Source: Asterionella formosa (taxonomy: Eukaryota). From it: a stretch of DNA of 64,000 nt. Below, piece after piece: positions 20,185 to 33,470 of this stretch. Position 1 is the stretch's first letter. Every line of letters starts with the position of its first letter. The DNA is taken from NCBI GenBank assembly GCA_002256025.1, contig NKIB01012822.1:1-64000 (forward strand). The letters run 5' to 3'. Under the pieces are notes generated by a model. It saw nothing but the letters and a program-made list of their open reading frames with translations, was not told where the DNA came from and searched no databases. The position numbers and the translations under genes are program-made.

Positions 20185-22980
20185 CGTGAGCTTGATTGCT
20201 GGTTCAAGACAAAGGAGAAATGACAAGAAAACGTGAAACAATAATTATCCGCAACGTGAAGGCAGGTGTTTCGCTCGTTTATTATGCTCAGAGCTAAAAA
20301 CGTCTTAAACGTTATGGTAGTACCAGGTACCGTACCTGCCAGATACTACTGACAAATATGATGGTTTGTAAACTTTTGTTCCTTTGTTGTTTTCAAAAAT
20401 ATATTGACATGACGTCTTAAAGACCACCCACATGAATATACCGGTATGTAAGCTGCCTACAAACAGCACATGCACGGAACGTAATACCGGTAGCACCTGT
20501 CGTTCTTCCTACAAGTGTCGTTATCGTGTATGGTCACGACAAAATCTACATCGATATAATATTAGATGACGAAATCATGCCTTTATATGTGTAGCTAAAC
20601 CCATTTACAGGAATATTAAACAAAGAAGCATCGGTTCGACGAAGGCATGCAGGATTCTTTGGTGACAAGACTTCGTTCGTACCAGAGTACCGGTAAATCG
20701 TTTTGAACACGTACTGCTGTTAACCAGCTCACAACACTGAATGGTGGGGTCGCTGCTTGAATGACGTAGAAGCGCTGACGCAGTTCAATCTTGTTACCTA
20801 TTCACGGATTGGGGCAGTAGGCCATTTTCTCTGTGCAGTCTCTGGAATATTTTGCGAGTCGCAAAGAAAGCTTTTTCAGATGGGGGGCATCGGAAGAAAT
20901 GTCGTCCCCTAAATTTTAAATCATTTTTATATATGATATATACCGGGATATAAATGATCCTTTTAGCCATCCGGTTGGTGCTTCTCGGAGTATCAGGAGG
21001 TACTCCGTGGTACCTGGTGCCTGATGGTGCATGGTACCAGGGTACCTGGGACAAGGTCGTATGGTCTGAATCAAGCTCCTTAGAGGAGCAGTCAGTACAT
21101 AAAGTATCACTCCACCGTAGCCCTGAGCTATGTAGCTGGTATGATAGATAATTAGCATAGAGAATATTGTATGGATAGAAATCAATAAGTAAATTTAATA
21201 CCGGTAGTACGCTTTATGGAAGAACTCGACCCTGTGGACTTCGACCTCCTTGCATGTTGTCTGCCAAACACCCCAGAACCCTAAGAAGGGAATACATTTA
21301 CGAATCCTGTGGAGAATGCAGGAATCTAAAATGCCATCTTGGAAGGTAAGGAGCTCACCAACTACCGGTAAGCTATTCCCTGAATATTGCATGAATAGAT
21401 ATATACATACATAACTTTACATAATGTTGCCATCCATACAAAAAACATCAAAGACCAGCAATCCCAGAATCAACTGAAATTCATTACAAATTTGTAATCC
21501 AAGTCCAAGTCACATCAATGTATCTTCATCTTCTTTATGAGGTCATTGATTTCAACAGGGCCATCCACTCCAAGTTTGGTCCCAATATATTGCATCATGC
21601 CTTGCTCATTGCTTCAAGAGGTCAGAGCACATGGAAATTAGATGTTAAAGACTGGAGTTTTTGTCTATTAGGCCAAATGCATCTTTTCGATCAGCAAGTT
21701 TGTAGTTCTTCAACTTTGCAGCATCAGCCAATTGATCCACTCCTTTCTCGCAGCAATTGCTTGAACTAACACCTTGAGGGGTTCTAAAAGTCAACAACTT
21801 CGTCTTGGTGACCATGACGAAATCATTATTGGACTGAATATCAATAACACAAACATAGAGTATAAATTGGGAGGAGACAAAGAGGATTTGGATCACAATT
21901 TCCAAAAATCCAGGTAACCTTTACCAAGTATACTCATGGATGTCTTGTTCCAACAGGGCGGGGTCGAATGAAGCTTATTCATCAGGTTGAATCTGCATGC
22001 CCACATTGCACCAAGGAAGAACGAGAAATTACTCCAATACAAACAATTTAAACTTGTGTGCTATAGCTAATGATCAAAAGATTTGATTAGTAAGTATGTC
22101 ATCCGCACTAAGCAAGGCAAAAAAGGCAAATGCATCTCCAAGAAGGTTTGGATGGATTCAGCAAATGGCAACTGAGTTTCATATCCAATATGCATCATGC
22201 ACGAGCTTGGGAGGAAAGGAATGAAAACTTTTGCAGAGAAACTCATCAGAGCACCATTGCACATTCTTCAGAGTACAGCAACAGGAGGATCAAACAAGTT
22301 TATGCACAATGGGGAGAGATGAGCATCAGAGATAGGCATATATTCGCATTGTCAGAGCTCCTACTTTATCATCAATCATCCTCAAATTCAGAGTAGGTGA
22401 GAAAAAAGATTTCAGGAAAGGGCAGATTTTCTAGTGAAAAAGTCAAAGGAGTTTGCGAAAATTGGACAAGGCTTACTACATAAATACTTCGAGCCCCCCA
22501 CATGCAGCAGCAGGGGGGAAAGCAGAAAAGCACAGTGACCACAAGAATTCTGAAGCATTCCGGGAAATTTCACATTCAAACAAAGATTCCATATTGTGTG
22601 GCATAAAGCACATGCGTAGGACTCCAAGAAGACGAGGACATGAGACCAATGAGACCAAATTTTTCTTTTATTTTGAAAACTCTCATATGAGAGAGTGACC
22701 ACCATTATGCACTCCTGTCCCAACTTATAGTGTGGACCAAGAAATGCAATGAAGAAGAATATAGACATAGTCTCGTAATAATGCGCAATTAAAAACGATT
22801 GACATTTATGATCTGTGTAAAGTCATACCCTGAGAAGTAAATTCACTTAATCTAAAATAAATTGTTCTCCATATAACTAAATTATTCTCGATAAATTATA
22901 AATTTAGCTTGATCAATATCACTTCGAGCGATAATATACTTATTAATACATAAGATGTAACTGGAATTTTATTCACAGAC

Positions 22981-23441
22981 GACACCTGCTGGGGAGCACT
23001 GGATGGTGGATTGAAGATAAATCAAGAAAGAGCTGGTGATGAATCTGAGAAACCAAATTCTATACTGGATGGCAACATGATTATTTACTGATAAACTTGT
23101 TCCTTCTATATTTTCCTGATGGCAAAATTCGATATTCTTATTTATTTTCTTGTTTTTTTGAAACATGCCTCACCAATGGCGAATTTTTCGATTTATAACG
23201 ATTAAGAGAATATTTACACTTCAACACCAGGATGAAGGTTGTTGTTAATTTCTCTAGATTTGCTTTTAAAAAATCACAGAGACAATAATCAAATCACGCA
23301 CATAATAATAATGTTGATGTTAATGGCAACCACTGTGAATCATTTGGAGTGATTGTAAAGCCACTTCAGTTACTGATGGAATGGGTAGTAACGCATTGTC
23401 TACAGGGTCATTCCTGCGTGCACATTAACAACAAATTTAGA
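22981..23441 (+). pseudogene. Second, heavily decayed PIF/Harbinger transposase fragment
   Basis: Across frameshifts it reads TCWGALDG.LKINQERAGDE / FYTGWQHDY..NLFL..PDGKIRYSY / MKVVVN..FAFKKS / NNVDVNGN..FGV / EW..CLQG / NKFR. This is colinear with the 306-1034 transposase. Confidence 0.8.
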
Positions 23442-23628
23442 TCAGGGTACAGAAATCGCCAAGTACATATTTGCTCGATTTATGCAACCGTCTGATAAAT
23501 TTAATAGATGTCAGCTCTGATCAAGTCAGCATCACCCTCGTCTGTTCATTGTGGAGGACTTCTATCAATGAATATTAACCCCAACTTTTAATCAGGTACA
23601 ATAATGCACCTTTCTTCATCATTGAAAC

Positions 23629-25092
23629 TCAATCGCTCAGCCTTCTAGCTTCACCCATTAGTAATGACAATTGCTTGGTGGATTCTAGCTGTTCTTCCTT
23701 TAGTAGGTGCAGCTGTCGTTTGAGGATCAATATTTCTTGTTGCAGAAAGCAGGTCTGTAAGATCATAATAAGCGCAAAAATTAATATGAACACTGGAGGT
23801 GAAAAGAGGACACATTGTGATGCCTCAGTTAAAATCATTTTTGGAGTCGTTGGGATTATTGAATCATCTTCTTGTTTCATATTGACTTCTACTTCCATGC
23901 TTCCTTGGAAAGGGAAAACATTAGCCAACAGTTTTGCATAGCAATCATACCAAGACTTCACTTCCAACTTTGTCGATTGAATAATTAGCCGTTTCAAAAT
24001 GGTTTGACTTGTGAAACGTGTTTGATATTGAACAGTCAGCAACACATAACCATCATGTTGTTCAATCAACCATCTGTCATCAACGTAAAATCTATCCCAT
24101 GCTGGGACACCTTTTACAAAACTTGATGTCTCCAATGACATACCATATGTTCCATATTGTAGCAACCGTTGTTCTCGACGTGCCAATGCAGAAAATGGTC
24201 CAATTCCAAATTTTGCTTTGATAGGATGTTGAAACGTAATGGTGCGCCTTGTTATTGTTTCGCCAGCAGTTTCATATAATGCCCATGGGGAAACTTCAAT
24301 TTCCGAGTCACCCACAATATCTCGCTGAAACCTTGGAATGGACCAAGTTGCATCGTCGGCGAGCAATTCATCATAGAAATCATCTAATGAACAATGTATT
24401 TTCATATTTTTTATCACATTTTCATCATAGGGAGGGTCGTCAGAGCATTTGCACTTTTCCCATTTTTCCTGGAAGTTTGGTGGGCTCCCTACCGATGAAT
24501 AATCAACAGAAGAAGTAGTCCTCGATCTGACTAAAGAATTGATTTCTTGGGTAAGCATACCTTTTGCTTCCTCTGGAACATTCATGCTATGTGGTTCTGA
24601 CTGTGCCCGACGACGTATGTGGGGGGATAATGTTTTGTAATCCAAGAGACCTTTCAGTGTATAGACACCCTCGTCAAGCTCGTCGCTTCCAGATTCGACA
24701 CGATCGTCTAACTGTGGCAGGACGAATTGGAAGGGCCTCTCATAGCTTTTTAGATTGGTTAGCGTTTTCAAAATTGCTTCGCGGTCGGTCAAGGACTTGA
24801 AAACGAAATCTTCTCCATCCATCATACGAATTATAATGCTCGAACTCCGATGTAGCTCCATCAGGTCCACATCAGTTAAAAGGAGGCAAAGGCGTCGTTC
24901 AAAACCAAATAAATTACTGTAAAAGCAGACAGCCTTCGTTGAAATGTACAAGCGACCATGCTGTCGATGGTAGGAACAGCTATAATCCGCCCAGCAAGGC
25001 CCTACAGCGCGTCCAAAGAGACTCTGAACAATTTCTGTAGTTGATTGCTCTGGAAGTCTCGCTTCCATTCCACTAGATCTCCTCGTTGTCAT
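23629..25092 (-). CDS. GRAM + VASt (StART-like) domain membrane-anchored lipid-transfer protein (GRAMD1/Lam/VAD1 family)
   Basis: GRAM motif YSCSY...HGRLYIST..VCFYSNLFG, VASt motif GVPAWDRFYVDDRW, and a C-terminal TM helix followed by coiled coil. Confidence 0.88.
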   Translation of the reverse strand: MTTRRSSGMEARLPEQSTTEIVQSLFGRAVGPCWADYSCSYHRQHGRLYISTKAVCFYSNLFGFERRLCLLLTDVDLMELHRSSSIIIRMMDGEDFVFKSLTDREAILKTLTNLKSYERPFQFVLPQLDDRVESGSDELDEGVYTLKGLLDYKTLSPHIRRRAQSEPHSMNVPEEAKGMLTQEINSLVRSRTTSSVDYSSVGSPPNFQEKWEKCKCSDDPPYDENVIKNMKIHCSLDDFYDELLADDATWSIPRFQRDIVGDSEIEVSPWALYETAGETITRRTITFQHPIKAKFGIGPFSALARREQRLLQYGTYGMSLETSSFVKGVPAWDRFYVDDRWLIEQHDGYVLLTVQYQTRFTSQTILKRLIIQSTKLEVKSWYDCYAKLLANVFPFQGSMEVEVNMKQEDDSIIPTTPKMILTEASQCVLFSPPVFILIFALIMILQTCFLQQEILILKRQLHLLKEEQLESTKQLSLLMGEARRLSD

Positions 25093-25983
25093 CGATTTGG
25101 GCACTTAAGGCGTTGTGCTTCTCCGCGTACGATGTGGTTTTGGTCGCTGGCAAGGAACGAATTATGAGATAGCGGGCATCTCGAACGGTGGCTGAGTGAC
25201 GAGCGCTTCGTAAACGTGTTGTTGCGCCAAGGCATCGTCTGGGATCTCATGAGCGAGTATCCCGGTACGCGGGGAGTGCGAGACGAGGCAAAATAAGGGA
25301 CTCGATGGTGGTGGGAGTAAACCACGAGCAACACCGTCTCATGCGACCTTGGAAGTATGTTTACTTAGCTGAGTCATGAAAGTAAGTACCAGTATGTACC
25401 TGGTACAGGTCCTGATGGGTGTGGTGGGCCAGCGCATACTGATCTTCAAGATGAATATATTATCACAGATGTTTAGTATACATAGCTGCAGGTTGAACCG
25501 GCAATTTGCGGACACTTGGCTTAAATAATCAATTTCATATAGGATAAAAATAGCTAAAGTTTTAGATTCAGCACAATTACCGTAGCTTGCTGGTATGCAG
25601 TCCCCACATATTTAAAGTTTACATATTATTCGTACATGCAGTGGTAGATGAGTATTAAATTGAACGCAAATTTCATACGGCGTACTGTAGGTGAACACCG
25701 GTACCGTAGATTGATGAATATTTATCTACCAACGGACGGCATAAATGATAGAAGCACATAAAATATTTATATATGTATTAAAAAAAATCACTTTCGCCTT
25801 TTTCATGTCCCACGGTCACGGTTCAAGGTGAGCGCTTGTTACGTTTGTGAATTGCTTTACCTTGTGAGTTCATGGCGATCACTAATGTATGGGATGGCAT
25901 ATGGTACAACAACATATCAACAGCCTCAGTTACAGTCTCCTTCTTCAATCCTTCCCTCATTGCAGTGGCAATCAAAGTACAAA

Positions 25984-28437
25984 ATGTCCACCACCATAAA
26001 GATTGCAACCCACGCTTCGCCTTCTACAGCAAATTCAAACGACATTCATGGAATCACCTATACGACAAGACTATCCTCGAGTCGACAGAAAAGTCCTCCT
26101 GATCACGATATTAGCACCACTAGTTCTGGTGATAACATTACGATTGCAAGTGGGGATAATTTGTTCCTTGGGGATGCAGAATCCCCGCCGAAGCAGACCC
26201 CCGGTGGCCTTTCGGAACTCTCGAAGCAGCTTCGATTCTTGCAGGCGAAAAACCAATTTCAAGGCAGCACAATTGATAGACTGGAGCGACAGCTGAAGAT
26301 AATGTCTGATCTGAAGGGAGTGTCGGTGACTGAATTGAAAGGGTCGTTGGCAAACGCTTGTCAGTCCGAAGCATATGCAGAGCTACTATCTCAGGTGTCA
26401 TCGCTTCAAGATCAGTTAGTGCATGCCAAGGAATCGTCGATTACACCTGTCAGCAATCAAATGGAGTTTGAGAAAGAATCGGCAAATAAAACAATTGCGG
26501 CTCTAGAGTTGAGGGTTGGGGAATTGGAAGAAGTTGAAGAGAACCTACGAATTGAAATGAAAAGGCTGTACCAAAAATCAGAAAATCAAACATCGAAAAC
26601 AACCAGACTAGAATCAACAACGGAGCAGCAAATGTCAAAAATTGAAGGTTTAAAAATGTTGCTTGATGAGGCCTCGCTTCGAGAAAAAGATTTTCTTGCA
26701 AGAGAAGAAGCAACAAGAAATGAGCTGGAGCACGTTGCACAGGTAGCATCAGAGTGTCAGCTCCAATTACAGCACGAACAAGATCGAGCGGCTCGTTTGG
26801 AAAATGAACTTGAAGTGAGAGAAGCGGAAAAGAAAAAGAAGCTCAAGAGAGTGCGAAAGGCTATGAATGCCGACATGATTCAAATTCAAAGGTTGCTATC
26901 AGAACAAGTTGAAAAGTCGGCTCATCTCAGACAACTCAATCAAGCTCAAAAAGCCGAAATTGACGCTCTGAAGGCAACGGCTATGGAAACGACTAGAAGT
27001 GTGGAGGAAGGTCAGGAGGTTAAGGCCACAGTCTTGCAAGCAGAAATTGCTGACCTTAGGAAAAAAGTACAAGATTTCGAAAACGTAATTGAATTTGAAA
27101 GGCAGCAGCGCCAAATTGATATTAAAACCAAAGAGCAGGCGGCGACGTCTCATGTAGATGAAGTTGAGACAAGACTGCGAGATGAAACGCAAACAATGTT
27201 TCGACTTTGGGATAAGGAATCCAGCAAGGCTTTGAGATGGGAAGCTGCTTGCAACCAAGAAAAGGCAATGGTGGCAAAACTTCAACAACAACTCGCATCT
27301 TATCAGGAAAATGAAAGGCTCCGACAAGGGGAAAGCACAGCGGAACATGCTGAAATCGAATTGCTACAGGCAAAGCTTCGTGAGGCTGAGATACAAGCAC
27401 AAGTTGACAAAGAACAAGCCCAGAATTTATCTGATCAAGTCAATGCTCTGGAGAACGATGCAAAATTGCGAAAGAAGCAGTTTAATAGTCGATTTAAGGT
27501 ACAAACTGATCGTATCGTGGACTTGGAACAACAATTATCTTCCCTATATTCTGCCATTGGTATTTTCCAATCTGAACGCTCTGAGGAACAGACAACGATT
27601 GAGACTCTCCAGACCGACACAGCGATTGCTCAGCAGATGAATTCTGAATTACAAGTTGAGGAATTGGAAACAGTTAGGGAGAGGCAACAAGACATGGTAA
27701 ATGCAGAGATTGCCTCGCAACTGTTTTTTAGCGAGTCAAGAAAGCAAAAAACTGAGGGATCTACTACAACCATGACTTCATCTCCAAAGAAAGCTTCATC
27801 CCCAGCTGTTGTGGGCATCCACGCAGGCTGGCTTTTGAAAAAGGACCGCCTGAAGGGTTGGAAGAAACGATTTTTTGTTTTACGAGGCAATTTTGAGGAG
27901 GGCATTTTTTATCTTCGGTATGGTGACCATCCTAGCGCACCAGCCAAGGGTAGCATATTCGTCCAAAGCTCGTCAATAGTGGTGCCTACAAAAGAATATC
28001 CCAAGCAACCTTTTGCGTTGACAATTCAAAGCGATCCATCAAATGCAAAAGGTGACATGACACACTTAGCGGCACAAAACGCAGAGGAGCTGAAAGAGTG
28101 GATATGTGCACTACAACTCCTGAAATCGTCCAAGCGCACTTCTGCATTCTCTGTTGGCTCCGTTGTAGTGATTGATGGTCCGCATGTGTCATATAATGGG
28201 TTATCAGGTGTGATTCAGTCTCCTATGAAGGAGAATGGATGCCAGAAAGTCTGGGTAGATGCCCTTGAACGAGCTATTTACGTTCCACTTGACCACTTAA
28301 AACCCGAGAATTTTGAGCCACAGGAACAAGCCGCACACCATTCTCAAGCCTTTTCGGACCGGCGTGTCAGTGCAACGACTGCTGCACAGCGGCAACAGCG
28401 AATATTGGAACAGTCTTGCGCATCAGCCACTCATTAG
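25984..28437 (+). CDS. Coiled-coil protein with C-terminal PH domain and KOW/SH3-like segment (alternative ATG at 25885)
   Basis: Long E/Q/K/L-rich heptad region, PH motif HAGWLLKKDRLKGWKKRFFVL...AEELKEWICAL, and a GSVVVIDG..YNGLSGVI tail. Confidence 0.85.
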   Translation: MSTTIKIATHASPSTANSNDIHGITYTTRLSSSRQKSPPDHDISTTSSGDNITIASGDNLFLGDAESPPKQTPGGLSELSKQLRFLQAKNQFQGSTIDRLERQLKIMSDLKGVSVTELKGSLANACQSEAYAELLSQVSSLQDQLVHAKESSITPVSNQMEFEKESANKTIAALELRVGELEEVEENLRIEMKRLYQKSENQTSKTTRLESTTEQQMSKIEGLKMLLDEASLREKDFLAREEATRNELEHVAQVASECQLQLQHEQDRAARLENELEVREAEKKKKLKRVRKAMNADMIQIQRLLSEQVEKSAHLRQLNQAQKAEIDALKATAMETTRSVEEGQEVKATVLQAEIADLRKKVQDFENVIEFERQQRQIDIKTKEQAATSHVDEVETRLRDETQTMFRLWDKESSKALRWEAACNQEKAMVAKLQQQLASYQENERLRQGESTAEHAEIELLQAKLREAEIQAQVDKEQAQNLSDQVNALENDAKLRKKQFNSRFKVQTDRIVDLEQQLSSLYSAIGIFQSERSEEQTTIETLQTDTAIAQQMNSELQVEELETVRERQQDMVNAEIASQLFFSESRKQKTEGSTTTMTSSPKKASSPAVVGIHAGWLLKKDRLKGWKKRFFVLRGNFEEGIFYLRYGDHPSAPAKGSIFVQSSSIVVPTKEYPKQPFALTIQSDPSNAKGDMTHLAAQNAEELKEWICALQLLKSSKRTSAFSVGSVVVIDGPHVSYNGLSGVIQSPMKENGCQKVWVDALERAIYVPLDHLKPENFEPQEQAAHHSQAFSDRRVSATTAAQRQQRILEQSCASATH

Positions 28438-28569
28438 CTTCATAGAGTGCCATCATCACTTTGGCATTGTTCACAATTTACTATCATTCTACGAAAAGGT
28501 ACCTGGTAGTCTATTTGATTGTTGCATTGTAAAAAAGACAGTTAGAAGACAGCTAAAGCTCTGATGTAC

Positions 28570-28603
28570 GGTACCTGGTACCTGGTACCTGGTACCAGGT
28601 ACC
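28570..28603. repeat. Tandem (GGTACCW)x5, including the 20-bp palindrome GGTACCTGGTACCAGGTACC
   Basis: Directly visible; a representative of the window-wide motif. Confidence 0.9.
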
Positions 28604-29382
28604 ACAACTTGCTCTACTGTATGTACAGCTCTTTGGCGTGTCGGAGCATGTACAAAGATCTTCATACGCTGATGTTTCCTATGTAACATCCAGTACCCGG
28701 TATATTTCTTCCTTTTTTTTAGTAATGCATCATGATGTACGTTATGATTGCTGTCTCTGCGGCATACGTGTGAAGTATCTATCTAGAGGTAGTACCAGTA
28801 GTATTTGTTGAATTTATGAGCTTTTTTGTTAATCCCTTGTGTGTGAGTCGCTCTCTAAGGGTTAGACGAGTTCTCTCATTTTTGAGTTCTGATACCGGTA
28901 GTATATATGATATAACACTAACCCTATATACATCTTTATTGATGCGCAAGATCGCTCAACGTGGTCTGTTTGGTCTGCTACATTTCTTCATTGCGAGGAA
29001 ACGATACAGTATACCAGTACCAGTACCGGTAGTGTTTTCCTTTGTTGTAGTACAAACAACCGTCGTTTCGCCGCACGTTTCCATCAGCCATTTTTACAAT
29101 ACCAGGATGTACGGTAATCGTCCGATGGTGGCTGCAGCTAAGAAGCATCAAAGATTTTGTACGGAAGGCAGGTATTAGTTAATAATATAATAGCTAATGC
29201 AAAATTAAAAGGAACAACAGGCATATATAATGGATTCTAACGCTGTGTATACAAAAAATTATGAATTCTAACACTGTGTTTACAATGAATTGGTTCACTG
29301 CGACTGTTGTAATGTTCATTGTTACTGTCCATGAGTAACTAACAGACTAACTGTGAGTGCATTGTCCAACATTTAGTGATCG

Positions 29383-30849
29383 ATGCGGCATCGTCCGAAC
29401 AAGCAGAGAGCACGGGCCTTTCTAAGTTGTGCCTTGCAGACGACATTGACTGCGTTATGTGTACGTACCGGTACACGTAGTGCCAATGCCGCCTACCAAC
29501 CACATCGGTTTGGCCGTCCCATCAAGGAAGACAATCGCTACTTTGTCGTGGAGCAAATTCTGCCTGCTCTACATAGCGAGGACGTCTTCAATAGCCAAAC
29601 AGAGCGGGCGATCCCAGCATCGCATGGCGAGGCAATACCAGTCACCTATACCAACAGCCCAAAGGGAGTATCCGATTGGTTGGCTGCAAATATTCCATTG
29701 GGTGACGCCACAATTGGATTTGATGTCGAGGTAAGAGCACAACCTTTCGTTTCATTCTACGAAATATTCTCTTTGAAGCAAGGATGCCAAACATTAACCA
29801 GACTCGCAAGTTGACAGCCGTATACTCTGAAAAGAGTGGTTGTCTTGTCGATACGCTTTCACTATTAACGAAATGAGCTTCCTTTTACTACAATACTATG
29901 CAAAGGAAGGAGAGAATGAGCAATGATGATTTTCAACCAGCTACACTGAAAGGTTACTAGTCTTTCCGCTATTTCGTGTTGAAACAGAATCTTGCACTTT
30001 TACGAACTTGCAAGCATGAGCTTTCTCTAATTCCCTCGCTAGATTTGTTCTGTCTTGCACTCTTGTATTTCGTCCGTCCATTTTTCCACTGTCTCACTTC
30101 CCTTATCATTCCACTCAACTCAGTCCGTCCCCAACACACCTTGGATTAAGGGCAAGGCCTCCTTCGTAGGTCCTGCAACGGTGCAGCTTGCCACCCCTGA
30201 ATCTGTCTTGGTTGTGCATCTTCTGCGCCTCAACGGTCGGCCATCAATCAGCTGTGTTCCTGTTTTGGAAGCTGTCTTGGCGGATGCCTCCATTGTGAAA
30301 GCAGGAACCGGTATTGACCAAGACATGATCGAGCTCTACCGCTACTGGGGCAGTCTTACATGCCGATCGAGATTGGACCTGGGAGGTATTGGAATATCGA
30401 ATGTTCACTGTGGGTCGATTGGATTGAAGAAACTGACCAAGGCGATTCTGGGCGTGGATCTGATAAAGTCCAAAAAGATTTCTTGTAGTAACTGGAGTCA
30501 AGTCCCCTTGTCGGAACCGCAACTTAACTACTGCGCACGAGACGCATGGGCAGGAGCCGCAATCATGGGAACTTTGGCCAACTTGGATCCTGGCACTTTT
30601 TCGACTACCAGTTTAGTCCGTATGTTTTCCGAGTCGGAGTTGAGTATGGCAGAAACCAACCAACGATCCATGGAACGAAAGCGAGCCAAAATCAGGCTGA
30701 AATATTTGTTGGATAGCGAAAACAGTGAAAGTGTTCAAGATGAAGTGGACACCTTGCGTGCCATAATGAAAGAACAAGCCCCATTGGGTCTCACCTTCTT
30801 TGATGTTGAACCACTTGGGATTTCATTGGAGTCGAATGAGCGGCAGTGA
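29383..30849 (+). CDS. 3'-5' exonuclease, DnaQ/WRN-exo family; exons 29383-29730 and 30124-30849
   Basis: ExoI IGFDVE ends at a GTAAG donor. Exon 2 has ATVQLAT, KAGTGIDQD, GLKKLTKAILG and SNWSQVPLSEPQLNYCARDAW (ExoIII). Confidence 0.88.
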
Positions 30850-31584
30850 AGCCAAATACGAGAATCAAAATGTTTTTCAATAATTGTAATTTTGTAAACA
30901 ATCTAATTCACAGGAATGTATTCATTACTACAGTACTAGCTACGTTGTACCTGGTAGTCTTCCGGTATTGGTGCCTTCTTATTCAGTTGAATACCCACAT
31001 GGTGCCATGTTGTGATGTGGTATGGATGATGCAGGAATTCAACAAGACAAGTGCGCGGTATTGATTCTAAGAACGGTTGGGGTTATGGACATGCGACGGT
31101 TCGAAACAGATTCCAGAGCGTAAAAAGAAATTGATCAGTGCACTACCAGTATAGAGGGTACGGGTATAGTCATTAACTTGGAGCGCTTACCGGGGGGAGG
31201 AAACGAAAAAAGCAAAAGAAAGTCGCGTTCGTCTGTTTCATTCGGACTTTCCTGGAACTCGCTGATGTAATGTATTGGTACATACGGGATGGCATTTGGC
31301 ACAACAGCCCATGTCAAAGAAAACAGTGAAAGTCTCCTTCAATTTAAAGGCGTAGTCATTCCGGGTGATCGGGAGTGGCCGGGACCTCTCGTGTTGAATC
31401 AGCGACAAAAACTAACGAAACGTCCAAGAACCATGGAAGGCAATCGTATGATGCGGACGCTGAGTTGGGTCATTCTAGTACCGCCTTGTCGCTCGAACAT
31501 TCACTATTTGATGAAGGATAATGCGCTGCTTGCCCGATCGTTGAATCCATCGATTCTATCAAGGCAATCTCGAAAACAAGCCCC

Positions 31585-33334
31585 ATGTCGAACCGAATCT
31601 CTTTCATTAACTTGGAGCAGTGCAGTCCAAACAAGGCAACGGCAATAACTGGAGTTGGTCAGGTCTGCCAAATTACGACGGAGGAATTTTGTGATCCACA
31701 CATGGATGGCGATTCAACTACTGCAGATCTGCAGCTGGTACCTATTCACTTCGAGAATGACCACGTTGTTGCTGTCAACCAAGGAAATGATCACGATCCG
31801 TCCCCACCATCACATTCCTCATCAACATCTCGCGTCCAAGGCAGGATTTCGGACCTGGACCAATCTTTAGGCTTTGAATCCGCTCACGGTTCCTCGATGC
31901 GCCAATTGATAAATATCCCCGCTACCAACTTTCACACGTCGAGATGGAGGATGGGGATGGTGCTTGTTTGCTTGGTAATTGCTGCAGCTGCCGCGGGTAT
32001 GATTTCATTGCTTGTAACCATGAATGATAAGAGTGCAACTCCAGACCAAGCTGCCCCCTCGACTTCTTCGGAACCCACTTACCTTGAGCAGCTCCAATCT
32101 CAGTTCCTGGGATCGCAGGAACTGTTTCTCGGACCCAACTCTCATCAGATGCAAGCGATGACATGGCTTGCCATGGTGGATGAGCCAAGATTGAATTTAA
32201 CTGCCACCAACCTCCAACAGAGATATGCTCTCATGGTTCTTTGGTATGCACAAGGCGGGATAGATTGGCAAGTCCAAGGATGGGCAAAACCGGGAGTGCA
32301 CGAATGCGAATGGCAGTTTTTAAAGTGCAATGAAAACGATTGGGTGGTTGAAATCATCCAAGAACAGGGGATGAAATTGACGGGAAGTCTTGCTTCCGAA
32401 ATTGGCATGCTCATTCATTTAGGTGAGTTCTTGGGGGCACTTCCATGCTGTTCAATGTACTCTGTGCCAACAAATTCTGCTCTTCTCCTCTTCTATTTCA
32501 GAGGTTCTGAATTTTCAAAGCTGCTACTTGGAAGGTGATTTCCCAAAAGAGTTTTTCATCTTGACCAATCTGAACACAATGATTTTTTCAGACAATCAAA
32601 TGACCTCAACCATATCAGCGTCCATTGCGAATTTTTCTCAATTGGAAGTCTTTGATGTCAGCAACAATTATTTCACAGGAAGCCTGCCGTCGAACTTCTC
32701 AAGCGTTTTGAGATCTTTCATTGTCTCTTCGAATGAATTTACTGGTAACCCATGGCCAATAATACTCAAGTGGCCTGATATCCAAATTGTTGATTTCTCT
32801 GATACTCTCACCTTTGGAACCATCCCTACAGAGATAGGACTTCTGACAGATCTTGTCTCTTTGGAATTCTACGGCACCGATTCCAGAGGAAGAATTCCTA
32901 GTGAAATAGGATATTTGAAGGAACTCTCAATATTCCATGCTTTAAGCACCGGAACCATTCCTACTGAGCTGGCTCTTTGCACGAAATTAACATCGCTGGA
33001 CTTGTCCAACAGCATGCTTCCGAGAGGCACCATTCCGACAGTGTTGGGCAACTTAGTCCTTCTCGAACTTCTCGTGTTGTATCGCTCGTCCTTCACTGGC
33101 ACCATCCCCACGGAGTTAGCAAAGCTGGTGAATATGAAGGACGTTTTCCTTAATTCTAATTTCTTGACTGGTACCATTCCTACCGAATTCGCTGCATTTG
33201 ATGGCAGTATTCTACAAAGTGCAGATTTTTCCAGAAACCGATTGACAGGAGATCTCCCTGATTCGTTTTGTCCTCGCGTAAAGGTGGATTGCGGGATTGG
33301 CTGTGGCGCCTGTGGTGCCTGCGTTTGCGTCTGA
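31585..33334 (+). CDS. Membrane-anchored leucine-rich-repeat protein; intron 32423-32501
   Basis: A TM helix, then QAMTWL...QRYAL..LWY..GG..W...ECEW..LKC cap, then repeated LxxLxLxxNxLTGTIPTE. The GTGAG...TTCAG intron joins the two ORFs in frame. Confidence 0.88.
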
Positions 33335-33470
33335 GGGATATGACCGTCACTTCTACCTTGCAAAACACGAGTATTGCCCGGTTTGGATGTGGGCATTTGT
33401 GCTATACTTAGTTGCAATTACATAAACCGGCGCACAGCCCTGGGCTGCTGCACAAGTAGTTACCGATATC

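Noticed and set aside
21700..21760. KGVDQLAD as a piggyBac GVD motif
   Set aside because: An isolated short match with no other piggyBac motifs in order.
28570..28603. GGTACCW arrays as a CRISPR array
   Set aside because: The units are 7 bp with no unique spacers and no cas genes, in a eukaryotic context.
29230..29285. Imperfect ~25-bp direct repeat upstream of the exonuclease gene
   Set aside because: A two-copy local duplication with no further support for function.
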